A stretch of 64,000 nucleotides of DNA from Patescibacteria group bacterium (GCA_018819405.1 JAHJQF010000001.1:98097-162096); one strand, 5' to 3'. Counted from the first letter of the stretch, positions 18,331 to 28,896 are shown. The notes: a model not told the origin generated them from the sequence alone. Program-made: numbers and translations.

Positions 18331-20208
18331 ATGAAAAATCTATTTAAATCACAAACTTCTTATGAAATCCTTGATTTATTTACCAAAAACCCAGATAAAA
18401 GTTGGTATATGGCTCAACTATCCAAAGAGCTTAGCAAAGATCCAGCCAATATCACCCGCGAGCTGGACAAGCTAACAAAAAACAATCTTGTCCTAGCCAA
18501 AAATCAAGCTAATAAAAAATACTACTCTCTCAACCATGACTATCGCTCTTTCAAAGAGTTGATAGACCTCTTTGAAAAAAACCGCAGCGCTGATTTCAAA
18601 GATAAATTCAATAGCCCCTGGCTTTTGGCTGAAGATATCCCAAATATGTGCCCGTTTTTTTCTCAAATATGGATGAATTGTTTTGTTGATGAATTTGCCA
18701 ACCCCAGCGGCCGCGCCTATCAAAAAGTAGTGGCTATTTTTAAGGATTATCACCTTTGGTTTTATTATGATAAAAAGGACGCCTATCAAGTAGGGCAAAA
18801 TATAGTAGACAAATTCCAAAAAGACCCCCGGTTTATGCAAGAGGTCAATCAAAATATTATAAAACTGTCTGATAAATTAACAGCTTATTGTCAAAAACTG
18901 CCCCAGGATAATCTGGAAAAATTATCAAACAAAAAACTGTGGGATTATTACAAAAAACATGAAGATGTCCATACTGACTACTATCGCTATGGGTGGCTCC
19001 CAGTAGCAGCTGATATGTTTGGCAATAATCTGACCGAAACCGGCAAAGAAATTTTAAGAAATATGGGCGTCAGCGATGATAATATGGCCGAATATCTTAT
19101 TTTACTTACCGAGCCAGCCAAGCCGTCACTCATCAAAATAGAAGAAGATGAAATAAAACAAATGGCCGCTGATATACAAGCTGACCTCAGACAATTTAAA
19201 TTATTTAAAGAGCTTTTCAAAAAATTCAAAGAGGAAGATGTAAAGCTCTTTGGCTTATATACTCACTCTCCTGAATATGAGGCCAAATTTGAAGAAAGAG
19301 TCAGAGAGCTTATCAAAAAAATTGATCCTAAGATTTCTAAAAAACTAGAAGATCACTACCAAAAATATTTTTATACAAAATTTTTATTTACTGAAGAGCA
19401 AGGTGTATATAATTTTGAACACTACCTAAAAAAACTTGTCCGACTGGTCAATAATGAGACAAACATCGGCAAAACCCTAAAAGATGAAGTCACGGCTACA
19501 AAAATAGAGCTAAAAAAAAGAGACAGCTTGATAAAAAAACTAAAACTATCATCTCAGCATAAAATATTTTTTGACCAGTGGGGTGAATTTATGATTACGA
19601 AAATATACCGTCGCTATGCCCAGCTTTTTGCCATCTATCGAATGGTGCCTATTATAGAACAAATAGGCAAAAGACTTGGTCTCAGCATCAAAGAAACAAA
19701 ATTCATGACAAGCGAAGAACTATACAACGCTTTATTTAAAAATAAATTAAACAAAGAAGAAATAAAAAAAAGAATACCTTTTTCCGTATATTATACCGAC
19801 AAAAATGAACACGCCTTTTATACTGGGCGCATGGCCAAACAAGCGACTGAAATAATCCAGACTGAAAATATAGAAGAAGTCTCTGAAATCAAAGGCCAGT
19901 GCGGAGCCCGTGGTCATGCCAAAGGACCGGTCAAAATAATAAATGTAATAGCTGACATGCAAAAAATGCAAGCCGGCGACATCCTCGTTTCTATCTCCAC
20001 CCAACCCGACCTTTTACCGGCCATGAAAAAAGCCGCCGCTTTCGTAACAGAACAAGGTGGGGTCACCTCTCACGCTGCCATAGTTGCCCGTGAATTAAAA
20101 ACGCCTTGTGTGATTGCTACCAAAATCGCTACCAAAGTATTAAAAGACGGCGACTTGGTAGAAGTAGATGCTGATAAGGGTATTGTAAAGATTTTGAATA
20201 AGAAATAA
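18331..20208 (+). CDS. Winged-HTH / PEP-utilizing-enzyme mobile (swivel) domain fusion protein
   Basis: The N-terminus SYEILDLFTKNPDKSWYMAQLSKELSKDPANITRELDKL reads as a wHTH. The C-terminus GGVTSHAAIVARELKTPCVIATK carries the phosphohistidine-domain motif of PEP synthase / PPDK / rifampin phosphotransferase. 625 aa. Confidence 0.6.
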   Translation: MKNLFKSQTSYEILDLFTKNPDKSWYMAQLSKELSKDPANITRELDKLTKNNLVLAKNQANKKYYSLNHDYRSFKELIDLFEKNRSADFKDKFNSPWLLAEDIPNMCPFFSQIWMNCFVDEFANPSGRAYQKVVAIFKDYHLWFYYDKKDAYQVGQNIVDKFQKDPRFMQEVNQNIIKLSDKLTAYCQKLPQDNLEKLSNKKLWDYYKKHEDVHTDYYRYGWLPVAADMFGNNLTETGKEILRNMGVSDDNMAEYLILLTEPAKPSLIKIEEDEIKQMAADIQADLRQFKLFKELFKKFKEEDVKLFGLYTHSPEYEAKFEERVRELIKKIDPKISKKLEDHYQKYFYTKFLFTEEQGVYNFEHYLKKLVRLVNNETNIGKTLKDEVTATKIELKKRDSLIKKLKLSSQHKIFFDQWGEFMITKIYRRYAQLFAIYRMVPIIEQIGKRLGLSIKETKFMTSEELYNALFKNKLNKEEIKKRIPFSVYYTDKNEHAFYTGRMAKQATEIIQTENIEEVSEIKGQCGARGHAKGPVKIINVIADMQKMQAGDILVSISTQPDLLPAMKKAAAFVTEQGGVTSHAAIVARELKTPCVIATKIATKVLKDGDLVEVDADKGIVKILNKK

Positions 20209-20310
20209 CCAGATCCCGCTATACAGCGGGATGCTCGATTTTGCATCTAGTCGCTTCGCTCTAGACAAAATCGGCAGAAGTAGATGCTGATAAGGGTATT
20301 GTAAAGATTT
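20159..20310 (+). repeat. 36-bp direct repeat (AGAAGTAGATGCTGATAAGGGTATTGTAAAGATTTT) flanking an ~80-bp hairpin-rich insert
   Basis: Copy 1 at 20159-20194 encodes the C-terminus of the 18331..20208 gene. An identical copy lies at 20275-20310. The insert contains the ATCCCGCT-ATAC-AGCGGGAT hairpin (20213-20232) and CGATTTTG...CAAAATCG. Confidence 0.8.
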
Positions 20311-20318
20311 TAAAAAAA

Positions 20319-21356
20319 TCATAGCCTATTTTTAGTAATTATCATGGCGTCACCAAAAGAAAAAAATCTATATTTTTTGGCAACAGCTTTTTGATAAGTT
20401 TTGATTATTAGTTCACGACTAGCCAAAGCTGAGACCATAAATAGTAACGAGCTCTTGGGCAAATGAAAATTAGTAATCAAATCATCTGCAAACTTATATT
20501 TGTAACCAGGATAAATATAAATATCTACCCATTTAACCCCAGGGGTTAAATCACCTGTTTTGTCTGAAAAAGCCTCTAGCGTCCGGGCGCTGGTGGTGCC
20601 AACTGCTATTATATTTTTGCCTGTTTTTTTTAGTTTGTTTAATGCTTCAGCTGTCTTTTTATCAATCCTGGCCCACTCATGGTGTATTTTGTGTTTTTCT
20701 ATCTCCTCTGCTTCCACTGGAGCAAAGGTGCCAAGTCCAACATGCAAAGTAACTTTAAAAATCTTAATGCCTTTTTTTGACAGTTGTTTTAAAACACGAT
20801 CGGTAAAATGCAATCCAGCAGTCGGAGCCGCTGCCGAGCCAATACTACGAGCATAAATAGTCTGATAATCTTTTTTAATTTTTTGACTGTCTTTGGTCTT
20901 GATATAAGGCGGCAGCGGCGTATGACCAATATTATCAATTATCTTGTCCAATTCTTTACCTGATTTATTAAATTTGACTTGTTTAGTCTTGCCATCTATA
21001 TCTTTAATAATTTTGGCTTCTAATTTTTTATCAAAATAAATAGCATCTCCTACTTTTAGATTACGGCCACCAATCATGGCTAGCCAACCCGACGGGTTGA
21101 CCCGATCTATAAGTAATATTTCTACTTTACCACCGGTACTTTTATGCCCATAAAGACGGGCTGGAAATACCTTTGTTTCATTGACCACCAAAACATCATT
21201 GCTAGTCAAAATGTCTGGCAAATCATAAAAATGCTTGTGGGCAATTTTTTGTTTAGCGCTATCTAAAATCAAAAGGCGCGAATGATCGCGTGGTTTTATT
21301 TGTTTTTGAGCTATTAGCTCATGAGGTAAATTGTAGTCAAATAATTTTATATTCAT
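20319..21356 (-). CDS. queA: S-adenosylmethionine:tRNA ribosyltransferase-isomerase
   Basis: The N-terminus MNIKLFDYNLPHELIAQ is a QueA signature. The track ORF extends spuriously upstream, so the start is placed at the ATG at 21356. Confidence 0.85.
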   Translation of the reverse strand: MNIKLFDYNLPHELIAQKQIKPRDHSRLLILDSAKQKIAHKHFYDLPDILTSNDVLVVNETKVFPARLYGHKSTGGKVEILLIDRVNPSGWLAMIGGRNLKVGDAIYFDKKLEAKIIKDIDGKTKQVKFNKSGKELDKIIDNIGHTPLPPYIKTKDSQKIKKDYQTIYARSIGSAAAPTAGLHFTDRVLKQLSKKGIKIFKVTLHVGLGTFAPVEAEEIEKHKIHHEWARIDKKTAEALNKLKKTGKNIIAVGTTSARTLEAFSDKTGDLTPGVKWVDIYIYPGYKYKFADDLITNFHLPKSSLLFMVSALASRELIIKTYQKAVAKKYRFFSFGDAMIITKNRL

Positions 21357-21376
21357 AAATATTATAAAATAGAGTG

Positions 21377-21404
21377 GCCGGCTTCGCCTTCGGCGAAGCC
21401 GGCA
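21377..21404 (-). terminator. Perfect GC-rich hairpin (GCCGGCTTCGCC-TTCG-GGCGAAGCCGGC) after the small island ORF
   Basis: 12-bp perfect stem with a tetraloop immediately 3' of the minus-strand ORF 21409..21672. The U-tract is weak. Confidence 0.5.
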
Positions 21405-21408
21405 AGAA

Positions 21409-21672
21409 CTATTTGATCCTATGCTCGTTGAGACGAAAATAGTGTGGTTTCTGTACTGAGTAGCTACCATTGAAAAACAACAATGGTAGCCAAAAAAATA
21501 CTACAAAAAGAAACACTCCAATGCTAGAGCCAATAATACAAAAAGCATCACTTGGCGGCCCATGTTGATGCCTAGCACGATTGAGCAGAGACACGATGTC
21601 ACTGCTGTAAAGCATTCCGTAACAACAGCCAATGGTGGCGTACACAAGGGTTACCCAGAAGTACCAACTCAT
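21409..21672 (-). CDS. Small hydrophobic membrane protein on a GC-rich segment (island 3)
   Basis: 87 aa with two predicted TM segments and about 48% GC. A perfect AAGGAGG sits 5 nt upstream of the ATG. Confidence 0.45.
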   Translation of the reverse strand: MSWYFWVTLVYATIGCCYGMLYSSDIVSLLNRARHQHGPPSDAFCIIGSSIGVFLFVVFFWLPLLFFNGSYSVQKPHYFRLNEHRIK

Positions 21673-21758
21673 GACCTTCCTCCTTTTTCGAGCCTAGTTC
21701 AAACCAAGGTGTCAGAGAACATAATCAAATAAAGATTATCTTAATAACAATATATTTG

Positions 21759-22295
21759 TCAATTTCTTTTTGAATAAACACAGCCACAATAATCCTGACG
21801 GTAAAATCCTTCTTCTTTGGACATTTTGCTTGATATCTTAAAACCGTCTTTCTTTTTCCAATCTCGGTCCAAAAATTCTATGCCCAGTTGATTGGCTAGA
21901 GACTGCCCAATCATACTAATTTTGGCGTAGTCCTTGTGAGGAGAAATAGATAAGACTGTAGCAAAAGTATCATAGCCTTCGGCTTTAGCTTTGGTCGCTG
22001 TTTTAGATAATCTGAGATCAAAACATGCATCACAACGTCTGCCGCGCTCCGGTTCGTTTTCTAACCCTTTGGTTTTTTTGAACCATTCTGAGCTATTATA
22101 TTCGCCTTCTTCAAATTTTAGACCAATTTTTTTGGCATAATTTTTCATTTCATCACGACGCAAATTGTATTCTTTGCGGGGATGAATATTTGGGTCATAA
22201 AAAAATATAGTTAGATCATACTCATGAGCTAACTGATCCAAAACATATATTGAACATGACGCACAACAAGTGTGCAGAAGTAATTTCGGTCTCAT
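21759..22295 (-). CDS. queH: Epoxyqueuosine reductase QueH (DUF208)
   Basis: LLLHTCCASCS N-terminal cysteine motif and C-terminal CGC, typical of DUF208/QueH. Adjacent to queA. Confidence 0.75.
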   Translation of the reverse strand: MRPKLLLHTCCASCSIYVLDQLAHEYDLTIFFYDPNIHPRKEYNLRRDEMKNYAKKIGLKFEEGEYNSSEWFKKTKGLENEPERGRRCDACFDLRLSKTATKAKAEGYDTFATVLSISPHKDYAKISMIGQSLANQLGIEFLDRDWKKKDGFKISSKMSKEEGFYRQDYCGCVYSKRN

Positions 22296-22296
22296 A

Positions 22297-23313
22297 CTAA
22301 AACATTTTTTTCTGACTGTCTTTTTTTTCTTTGCCTAAATACTCATAGGTCTTATCTGTAGCAATCCTGCCTTGCGAAGTACGAGAAAGTAAACCCAATT
22401 GCATCAAATAAGGCTCAAATATTTCTTCTATTGTCCCGGCTTCTTCCTGAAGAGACGCGGCCAATGTACCCAAACCTACTGGTCCACCAGAAAAATTTTC
22501 TACCAATACTGTAAGTAACCTTCTATCCAAATCGTCTAGACCATACTCATCAATGGCCATCATGTCCAAAGCTCTTCTGGTCAAATCACGAGATATTTTA
22601 CCGTCTGCTTTGACCTGAGCATAATCCCTGACACGTTTGAGTACTCTATTGGCAATACGAGGCGTGGCTCGACTACGCTTGGCTATTTCTAGTCTAGCCT
22701 GATCTTCAATTGGCACAGCCAAAATATCAGCTGCCCGACTGACAATATCGGCTATTTCATCCTCATTATAAAAATTGAGCCTAAAAGTCGCCCCAAATCT
22801 ATCTCTAAGTGGTGAAGAAATAAGATTATATCTAGTAGTGGCTCCAATTAAAGTAAAACGCGGCAAATCCAGCCTGAGCATCTGAGCTGAAGGACCCTTG
22901 CCCAATACAATATCTAATGCAAAATCTTCCATAGCTGGATAGAGTATCTCTTCGATGGTCTTGTTGAGACGGTGTATCTCATCAATAAATAAAATATCGC
23001 CATCTTGCAGATTGGTAATAATAGCTGCCAAATCTCCGGCTTTAGAAATGGCCGGTCCGGAAGTAACCTTGATACCTGTGCCCATTTCTTTGGCAATAAT
23101 ATGAGCGAGTGTAGTTTTACCTAAGCCCGGTGGTCCAAAAAGAAGCACATGGTCAATGGCTTCTTTCCTTTTTTTGGCAGCGCTAAGTAATACATCTAGA
23201 TTTTCTTTGACCTGACGCTGACCCACATACTCTCTCAGAGTCTGCGGACGAAGCGTCAAATCCCAAGTACGGTCTTCATTTTGTTCTTTGGCTGATGTAA
23301 TTCGCTCTTCCAT
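22297..23313 (-). CDS. ruvB: Holliday junction branch migration helicase RuvB
   Basis: [12 protein letters not shown]...[17 protein letters not shown]+ motifs. 338 aa. Confidence 0.95.
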   Translation of the reverse strand: MEERITSAKEQNEDRTWDLTLRPQTLREYVGQRQVKENLDVLLSAAKKRKEAIDHVLLFGPPGLGKTTLAHIIAKEMGTGIKVTSGPAISKAGDLAAIITNLQDGDILFIDEIHRLNKTIEEILYPAMEDFALDIVLGKGPSAQMLRLDLPRFTLIGATTRYNLISSPLRDRFGATFRLNFYNEDEIADIVSRAADILAVPIEDQARLEIAKRSRATPRIANRVLKRVRDYAQVKADGKISRDLTRRALDMMAIDEYGLDDLDRRLLTVLVENFSGGPVGLGTLAASLQEEAGTIEEIFEPYLMQLGLLSRTSQGRIATDKTYEYLGKEKKDSQKKMF

Positions 23314-23322
23314 TTCAAAATT

Positions 23323-25848
23323 TTAAATAAAAGTCACAGACGATACTTTATCATCACCGTCTTTAAATCTCATAAGTCTCACTCCCTGAGTAGCTCGTCC
23401 CAAAATACTAACAGATTTGATAGCTAGCCTTATTACCTGTCCTTTACGAGATATAATAATCATATCTTCATCCTCCATATTTTTGGAAACAATCTTAGCA
23501 CTGGCAACCTCACCTGTCTTGGCTGTCACCTGAGCAGTCTTGATGCCACTACCACCACGTCCTTGCACCTTGTAAGCGCCCAAAGCCGTACGCTTGCCAA
23601 AACCATGTACAGTAACTACCAAAAGCTGTTCGTCTTTACTGGCTTTACCATCAGCAATAATATCGGCACCAATCATAGCATCATCCTTCTTGATTTTGAT
23701 GCCTCTTACTCCAGAAGCACTACGACCCATAGACCGGACTGATTTCTCTTTAAATCTTATAGACTGCCCTCTGGCCGTAACCAACATAATATCATCATTA
23801 CCAGATGACGGTTTGACCCAATCAAGCACATCATCTTTTTTCAAGGTAATAGCAATCAGACCACTTCTTCTGACATGTGTAAATTGTTCTACCTCTGTAC
23901 GCTTGATCACGCCGTTACGAGTGACCATGACAAAATATTTGAAAGCCTTGAAGTCCTCGCTCTGTAAAATACTTGAGACTTTTTCCTCTGGAGACAATTG
24001 TAAAAAGTTGACAATGTTTTGACCTTTGGAAGTCCTAGATTGTTGCGGTACTTCATAAGCCTTGAGTTGAAAGACGCGTCCTCGAGTGGTAAAAAACATC
24101 AAATCAGAGTGAGTAGAAGTAGTAAAAAATTCTTCTACTTCATCTTGCTCTTTGGTAGTAAGACCCATCACGCCTTTGCCGCCACGACTCTGCGTGCGGA
24201 ATGTCTCCGGAGCTAGTCTCTTTATATAACCATCTTTGGTCATCATAATTACAGTGGACTCATTGGGTATAAGGTCCTTGGTAGTCATTTTGCCAATAGC
24301 TGATTTTATTACTTTTGTCTTTCTAGGATCAGCATATTTAGCTTTGATTTCGGCCAACTCATCTTTGATAATACTCAAAACTTTGGACTTACTCTTAAGT
24401 ATTGCTTCCAAATCTTTGATAATCTTCAATTTTTCTTTTAGTTCGTCTAATATTTTTTGACGCTCTAGATTGGCTAAACTCTGAAGCTTCATTTCTAGGA
24501 TAGCTACTGATTGTCTCTCAGTCAGTTTGAATTTTTTCATCAAATTAACCTTGGCAATTTCTTTATCTTTAGAGGCGCGGATAGTTTTGATAACCGCATC
24601 AATTTTATCCAAAGCTTTTTTAAGTCCTTCCAAGATATGGGCTCTGTCTTTGGCTTTATCCAAATCAAACTGAGTACGCCTGACAACCACTTCTTGACGA
24701 TGTTTTATATACTCTTCCAAAATTGACTGTAGAGTCAAAACTCTAGGCTGTATACCATCCACCAAAGCCAGCATATTTACATGAAACTTTTCCTGCAATT
24801 GAGTATGCTTATAAAGATTGTTCAAAATCTTGTTTGGATAAGAATCTTTTTTGAGTTCAATGACAATCCTGACTCCGTCTTTATCTGATTCGTCACGCAA
24901 ATCTTTGACACCATCTATTTTTTTATCTTTAACTAACTGAGCTATCTTTTCCAACAAAGTGGCTTTATTGACCTGAAAAGGAATAGAGGAAATAATGATT
25001 CTGTATTGTCCTACTTTGTCTTCCACAATCTCTGCTTCTCCACGCGTTACAATACCACCACGGCCAGTAGCATAAGCTGTCTTGATGTCATCTATATCAT
25101 AGATTACACCGCCCGTTGGAAAATCAGGGCCTTTTACAATTTCAATCAGCTCATCAATAGTAACATTTGGTTTATCAATAATGAGATTTATAGCCTCAAT
25201 CAATTCCCCTAGATTGTGTGGCGGGATATTGGTAGCCATACCAACCGCAATACCAGTTGTACCATTTAAAAGAAGATTTGGTAATTTAGCTGGCAAGACT
25301 CTTGGCTCTTTCTGAGAACCATCATAGTTTGGTATGAAGTCCACTGTGTTTTTATCTATATCAAAAAGCAATTCTTCAGCTAGACCCTGCAATTTAGCCT
25401 CGGTATAACGCATAGCAGCTGCTCCGTCACCATCCATTGAGCCGAAGTTTCCTTGGCCATTGACCAATGTATAACGCATAGAAAAATCCTGAGCCATTCT
25501 GACCATAGAATCATAAACCGCTGCATCACCATGCGGATGATATTTACCTAGTACTTCACCGACTACGGTAGCTGATTTTCTGAATTTGGCAGTATGACGG
25601 AGCCCTAAGGTCCACATAGCATAAAGTATACGTCGATGTACTGGTTTTAGACCATCTCGGACATCTGGCAAAGCGCGAGAAACAATAACACTCATAGCAT
25701 AGTCAATATATGAGCTTTGCATCTCTTCTACAATAGACAAGGGCTCTACTCGACCACGATTGTTTATCAGTATATCCTGACTAGCTTTTGTTTCTTTGCT
25801 GTCTTGAGCTTTATTAGTTGATTTTTTAATTAATTTCTTTTTTGCCAT
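23323..25848 (-). CDS. gyrA: DNA gyrase subunit A
   Basis: [27 protein letters not shown], with the active-site Tyr region. A GyrA-box-like QSRGGKG lies in the C-terminal beta-pinwheel. 841 aa. Confidence 0.9.
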   Translation of the reverse strand: MAKKKLIKKSTNKAQDSKETKASQDILINNRGRVEPLSIVEEMQSSYIDYAMSVIVSRALPDVRDGLKPVHRRILYAMWTLGLRHTAKFRKSATVVGEVLGKYHPHGDAAVYDSMVRMAQDFSMRYTLVNGQGNFGSMDGDGAAAMRYTEAKLQGLAEELLFDIDKNTVDFIPNYDGSQKEPRVLPAKLPNLLLNGTTGIAVGMATNIPPHNLGELIEAINLIIDKPNVTIDELIEIVKGPDFPTGGVIYDIDDIKTAYATGRGGIVTRGEAEIVEDKVGQYRIIISSIPFQVNKATLLEKIAQLVKDKKIDGVKDLRDESDKDGVRIVIELKKDSYPNKILNNLYKHTQLQEKFHVNMLALVDGIQPRVLTLQSILEEYIKHRQEVVVRRTQFDLDKAKDRAHILEGLKKALDKIDAVIKTIRASKDKEIAKVNLMKKFKLTERQSVAILEMKLQSLANLERQKILDELKEKLKIIKDLEAILKSKSKVLSIIKDELAEIKAKYADPRKTKVIKSAIGKMTTKDLIPNESTVIMMTKDGYIKRLAPETFRTQSRGGKGVMGLTTKEQDEVEEFFTTSTHSDLMFFTTRGRVFQLKAYEVPQQSRTSKGQNIVNFLQLSPEEKVSSILQSEDFKAFKYFVMVTRNGVIKRTEVEQFTHVRRSGLIAITLKKDDVLDWVKPSSGNDDIMLVTARGQSIRFKEKSVRSMGRSASGVRGIKIKKDDAMIGADIIADGKASKDEQLLVVTVHGFGKRTALGAYKVQGRGGSGIKTAQVTAKTGEVASAKIVSKNMEDEDMIIISRKGQVIRLAIKSVSILGRATQGVRLMRFKDGDDKVSSVTFI

Positions 25849-25872
25849 AATATTTCAAATTTCTTGATATAT

Positions 25873-26577
25873 TTAATCTGTAAATTTAAATGTATTTATC
25901 ATCGCATCAATAGTATTGTTATCTATATTTCTAAAGGTAAATAATAATATTCTATCCGCCATCGCTGTGAAGATAGTGTTTCCATTTTCTGGGAAATCAT
26001 TATTTTTATACAAAACAACATTATTAATATTTATAATTTGATAACCATATTCCTCTGCTCTTTGTGCCAAAATATTTTCCAATGTATCGGTATTATCATA
26101 AAGCACTTCGCTTTCTGTATCCATACTAATTGATTTATCACTATAGACCAAATAAAAAGCGCTCAGGTCTGGACTCAATGGTATATCAAAATCTTCATAT
26201 ACAGCTCTATTTTTATATCCGGGAGGAATAGCTATTGAAAAATTATATTTATCATTTTTATATATTTCCCACTCATTAACATCAACTTTATTTTCCAAAT
26301 ATTTTTTGGCTTCGTCAATCAATTGGGAACGCTGCTCTTCTTTTTGAACTTCGTCAGCAAAATTCTTGGCATTACTAATACCCAAAACAGTGCTATCCTG
26401 AATTTTATCAACTGTCTGGTCGCCGGCTTCAAAAATATTTTGCCAAAATACATTACTACTTCTGTCTATACTACCAAAAGGCTCTCTTTTTACCCATTCA
26501 GAAAAAATAAAACCCGTTACTCCAAGTGCCACTATAACTATCAAAAATATTTTTTTATTTGACCCAAAAAAAATCAT
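25873..26577 (-). CDS. Hypothetical membrane-anchored protein
   Basis: N-terminal TM helix, then a soluble domain with no recognised motif. Confidence 0.4.
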   Translation of the reverse strand: MIFFGSNKKIFLIVIVALGVTGFIFSEWVKREPFGSIDRSSNVFWQNIFEAGDQTVDKIQDSTVLGISNAKNFADEVQKEEQRSQLIDEAKKYLENKVDVNEWEIYKNDKYNFSIAIPPGYKNRAVYEDFDIPLSPDLSAFYLVYSDKSISMDTESEVLYDNTDTLENILAQRAEEYGYQIININNVVLYKNNDFPENGNTIFTAMADRILLFTFRNIDNNTIDAMINTFKFTD

Positions 26578-27179
26578 TTTTGCAAATTAAGTATTATTAG
26601 TTTCATATCATCCTGAGGCAAATCTTTTTTCTTTATTTTGAATTTGTCCTCTATCTCTGGTTTAGTACTTATTTCTTTGATAAAGTCCAATACATCATCA
26701 GCCTTTAATTTAAAGCTGCCGGCTTTATGACAGCTTGGTATAACAATTCGGGGCTCTACTTGACGAATGATTTTGGCCGCTTCTTTGGCTGTGGTCAAAT
26801 CACCACCGCCAACCGGTACTATTAAAATATCGGCACCTTCCACCAACTCCAGATAACTATTGGCCAACTCTTCATGGCCAAACTCTCCCAAAAAAGCAAT
26901 TTTTATATCTTCAAAAATAATATAATAAATAATATTGCCGTTTAAAGCTTTGCCATATACAAAAACATCTTTTACTTCGTACTCTCCCTGGCTATCAATC
27001 ACAAAAGAATCGCTATCCATTTTTATCTTAGCAACTTGACTAGAATCAGAAAATAAAATTACATCCCCTTTTGCTTTGGAGAATTTTGTGGCTTTGTCCA
27101 GAGCATAAGGATTTATAACCAAAGTATGTTCACCATTTTTAAGCCTAAAATAGTTAAAACCATGCCATGAAATTGTCAT
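26574..27179 (-). CDS. MBL-fold metal-dependent hydrolase (UPF0173-like)
   Basis: MTISWHGFNYFRLKNGEHTLVINPY resembles the N-terminus of the UPF0173 MBL family. The track ORF extends upstream to 27302, so the alternative start is uncertain. Confidence 0.5.
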   Translation of the reverse strand: MTISWHGFNYFRLKNGEHTLVINPYALDKATKFSKAKGDVILFSDSSQVAKIKMDSDSFVIDSQGEYEVKDVFVYGKALNGNIIYYIIFEDIKIAFLGEFGHEELANSYLELVEGADILIVPVGGGDLTTAKEAAKIIRQVEPRIVIPSCHKAGSFKLKADDVLDFIKEISTKPEIEDKFKIKKKDLPQDDMKLIILNLQK

Positions 27180-27554
27180 ATTTTTTACTGCTTTTTTATA
27201 CCTATTAACGTCTCTAATTTTATCATAAATAATATTGGAAGTAAACCCCGTTAGAGAATCATATTTGCCTATAAAATAAGGCCGAAATTGGATTTTTACC
27301 AAGCTAATTTAAGTTTAAAAATAAAGTTATAAAATTAAGTTCACTCTCTATCGGCATAAAGATAAGAATGCCCAAAAAAATAAGCTAAAAAAGGTCTTTT
27401 TTCAATCTTTGATTGCTCCTAGTACAGGGGCTTGATTTTTTTCTTAGTTTGTGTTAATCTAAGGCGGCTATTTAAAACTAATTTAACAAGCTCTCAAGGC
27501 CTGAACCCTTGAGAACTCGACCCGCTTGCGGGGAGGGATAATCATTAATAATTA

Positions 27555-28844
27555 ATGTCAGAAGAAAAAACACAAGTTCTAAGTCCAATGGATGAGCTGC
27601 TTAAAGATGAAAAGGCAGTAAAGATTCCTCAAGTTGGAGACTTAGTAACTGGGACTGTAATTAGCGTCTCAAAAAATGAAATTTATCTGGATATAGACGG
27701 TATCACTACCGGTATTATTCGTGGTCGTGAAATCTATGATGAGTCAGATGAATCCTCAAATCTAAAAATTGACAACCAAGCTACCGCCACTGTTATTGGC
27801 CTAGACAATGAAAATGGTTACATGGAGTTGTCCTTACGTGAAGCTGGACATAAAAAAGCTTGGGATAAATTGGAAGACCTACTAAAAGTAGGAACTATTG
27901 TTGACTCAAAAGTAATTGACGCCAACAAAGGTGGTCTAATGATAAAAATAGGCAATGTTGTCGGATTTTTGCCAGTATCACAACTTACTATCGAGCATTA
28001 TCCTCGTATTGAGGGCGGAGACAAAAACAAAATATTGTCTCACTTAAAATCTTTTGTAAATCAGAATTTAAAAACCAAGGTTATTGATGTTGATGAAAAA
28101 GACGACAAGCTTATTGTCTCTGAAAAAGCTGCTTGGGATGATAAACAAAAGAAAGTAATCTCCAAATTTAAAGTCGGCGATATTGTAGAAGGAAAAGTAA
28201 CGGGTGTAGTTGATTTTGGTGCTTTTGTAGAGTTTGGCGATGGTCTAGAAGGATTGGTTCATATTTCCGAGTTAGCTTGGCAAAGAATTGATAACCCTCG
28301 CGACATCATCAAAGTCGGCGACAAAGTAAAAGCCGAAATTATTGACATCGAAGAAACTAAAATTTCACTATCTATTAAAAAACTACAAAAAGACCCTTGG
28401 GTGGAAGTAAGCAAAAAATATACAATTGACCAAAAGGTCAAAGGTAAAGTTTTGAAAGTTAATCCATTTGGAGCTTTTGTGGAATTGGACGATGATATTC
28501 ATGGACTGGTACATATCTCCGAACTTAGCAATAAAAAAGTAAGTAAACCGGAAGATATAATCAAAGTAGACAATGAATATGAATTTGTCATATTGACCAT
28601 TGATCCAAAAAATCATCGCTTAGGTCTTTCCTTAAAAGTTGACCCAAAAAACTCTGAAGATGAATCTGAAGATAAAAAAGAAGCTTCTGAAAAAAAACCT
28701 GAAACTACAGAGGAAAAACAGTCTGAAAAAAAGACTGACAACAAAAAAGAGGAAAAAGCTAAAACTGGCGAAACTAAAGAAGAGTCCAAGACCAGCGAAA
28801 AAATCACTCCAACAGAAACTAAAGAGGAAAAAGACGCTAAATAA
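27555..28844 (+). CDS. rpsA: 30S ribosomal protein S1
   Basis: Four S1 domains (GDLVTGTV..., GDIVEGKVTGVVDFGAFVEF, VKGKVLKVNPFGAFVEL) and a K/E-rich tail. Confidence 0.85.
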   Translation: MSEEKTQVLSPMDELLKDEKAVKIPQVGDLVTGTVISVSKNEIYLDIDGITTGIIRGREIYDESDESSNLKIDNQATATVIGLDNENGYMELSLREAGHKKAWDKLEDLLKVGTIVDSKVIDANKGGLMIKIGNVVGFLPVSQLTIEHYPRIEGGDKNKILSHLKSFVNQNLKTKVIDVDEKDDKLIVSEKAAWDDKQKKVISKFKVGDIVEGKVTGVVDFGAFVEFGDGLEGLVHISELAWQRIDNPRDIIKVGDKVKAEIIDIEETKISLSIKKLQKDPWVEVSKKYTIDQKVKGKVLKVNPFGAFVELDDDIHGLVHISELSNKKVSKPEDIIKVDNEYEFVILTIDPKNHRLGLSLKVDPKNSEDESEDKKEASEKKPETTEEKQSEKKTDNKKEEKAKTGETKEESKTSEKITPTETKEEKDAK

Positions 28845-28896
28845 GCTTTCTATTTTCTGCTTTTTGTGTTTAAATAAAAAACAAAGGTAAAATTAT

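Noticed and set aside
20319-21470. Long N-terminal extension of queA (track start at 21470)
   Set aside because: The conserved QueA N-terminus MNIKLFDYNLPHEL begins at the ATG at 21356. The extension overlaps the GC hairpin and the neighbouring small ORF.
28383-28890. Small ORFs overlapping the rpsA 3' K/E-rich region on both strands
   Set aside because: Low-complexity lysine/glutamate codon runs create open frames on several strands. Only the S1 frame is supported.
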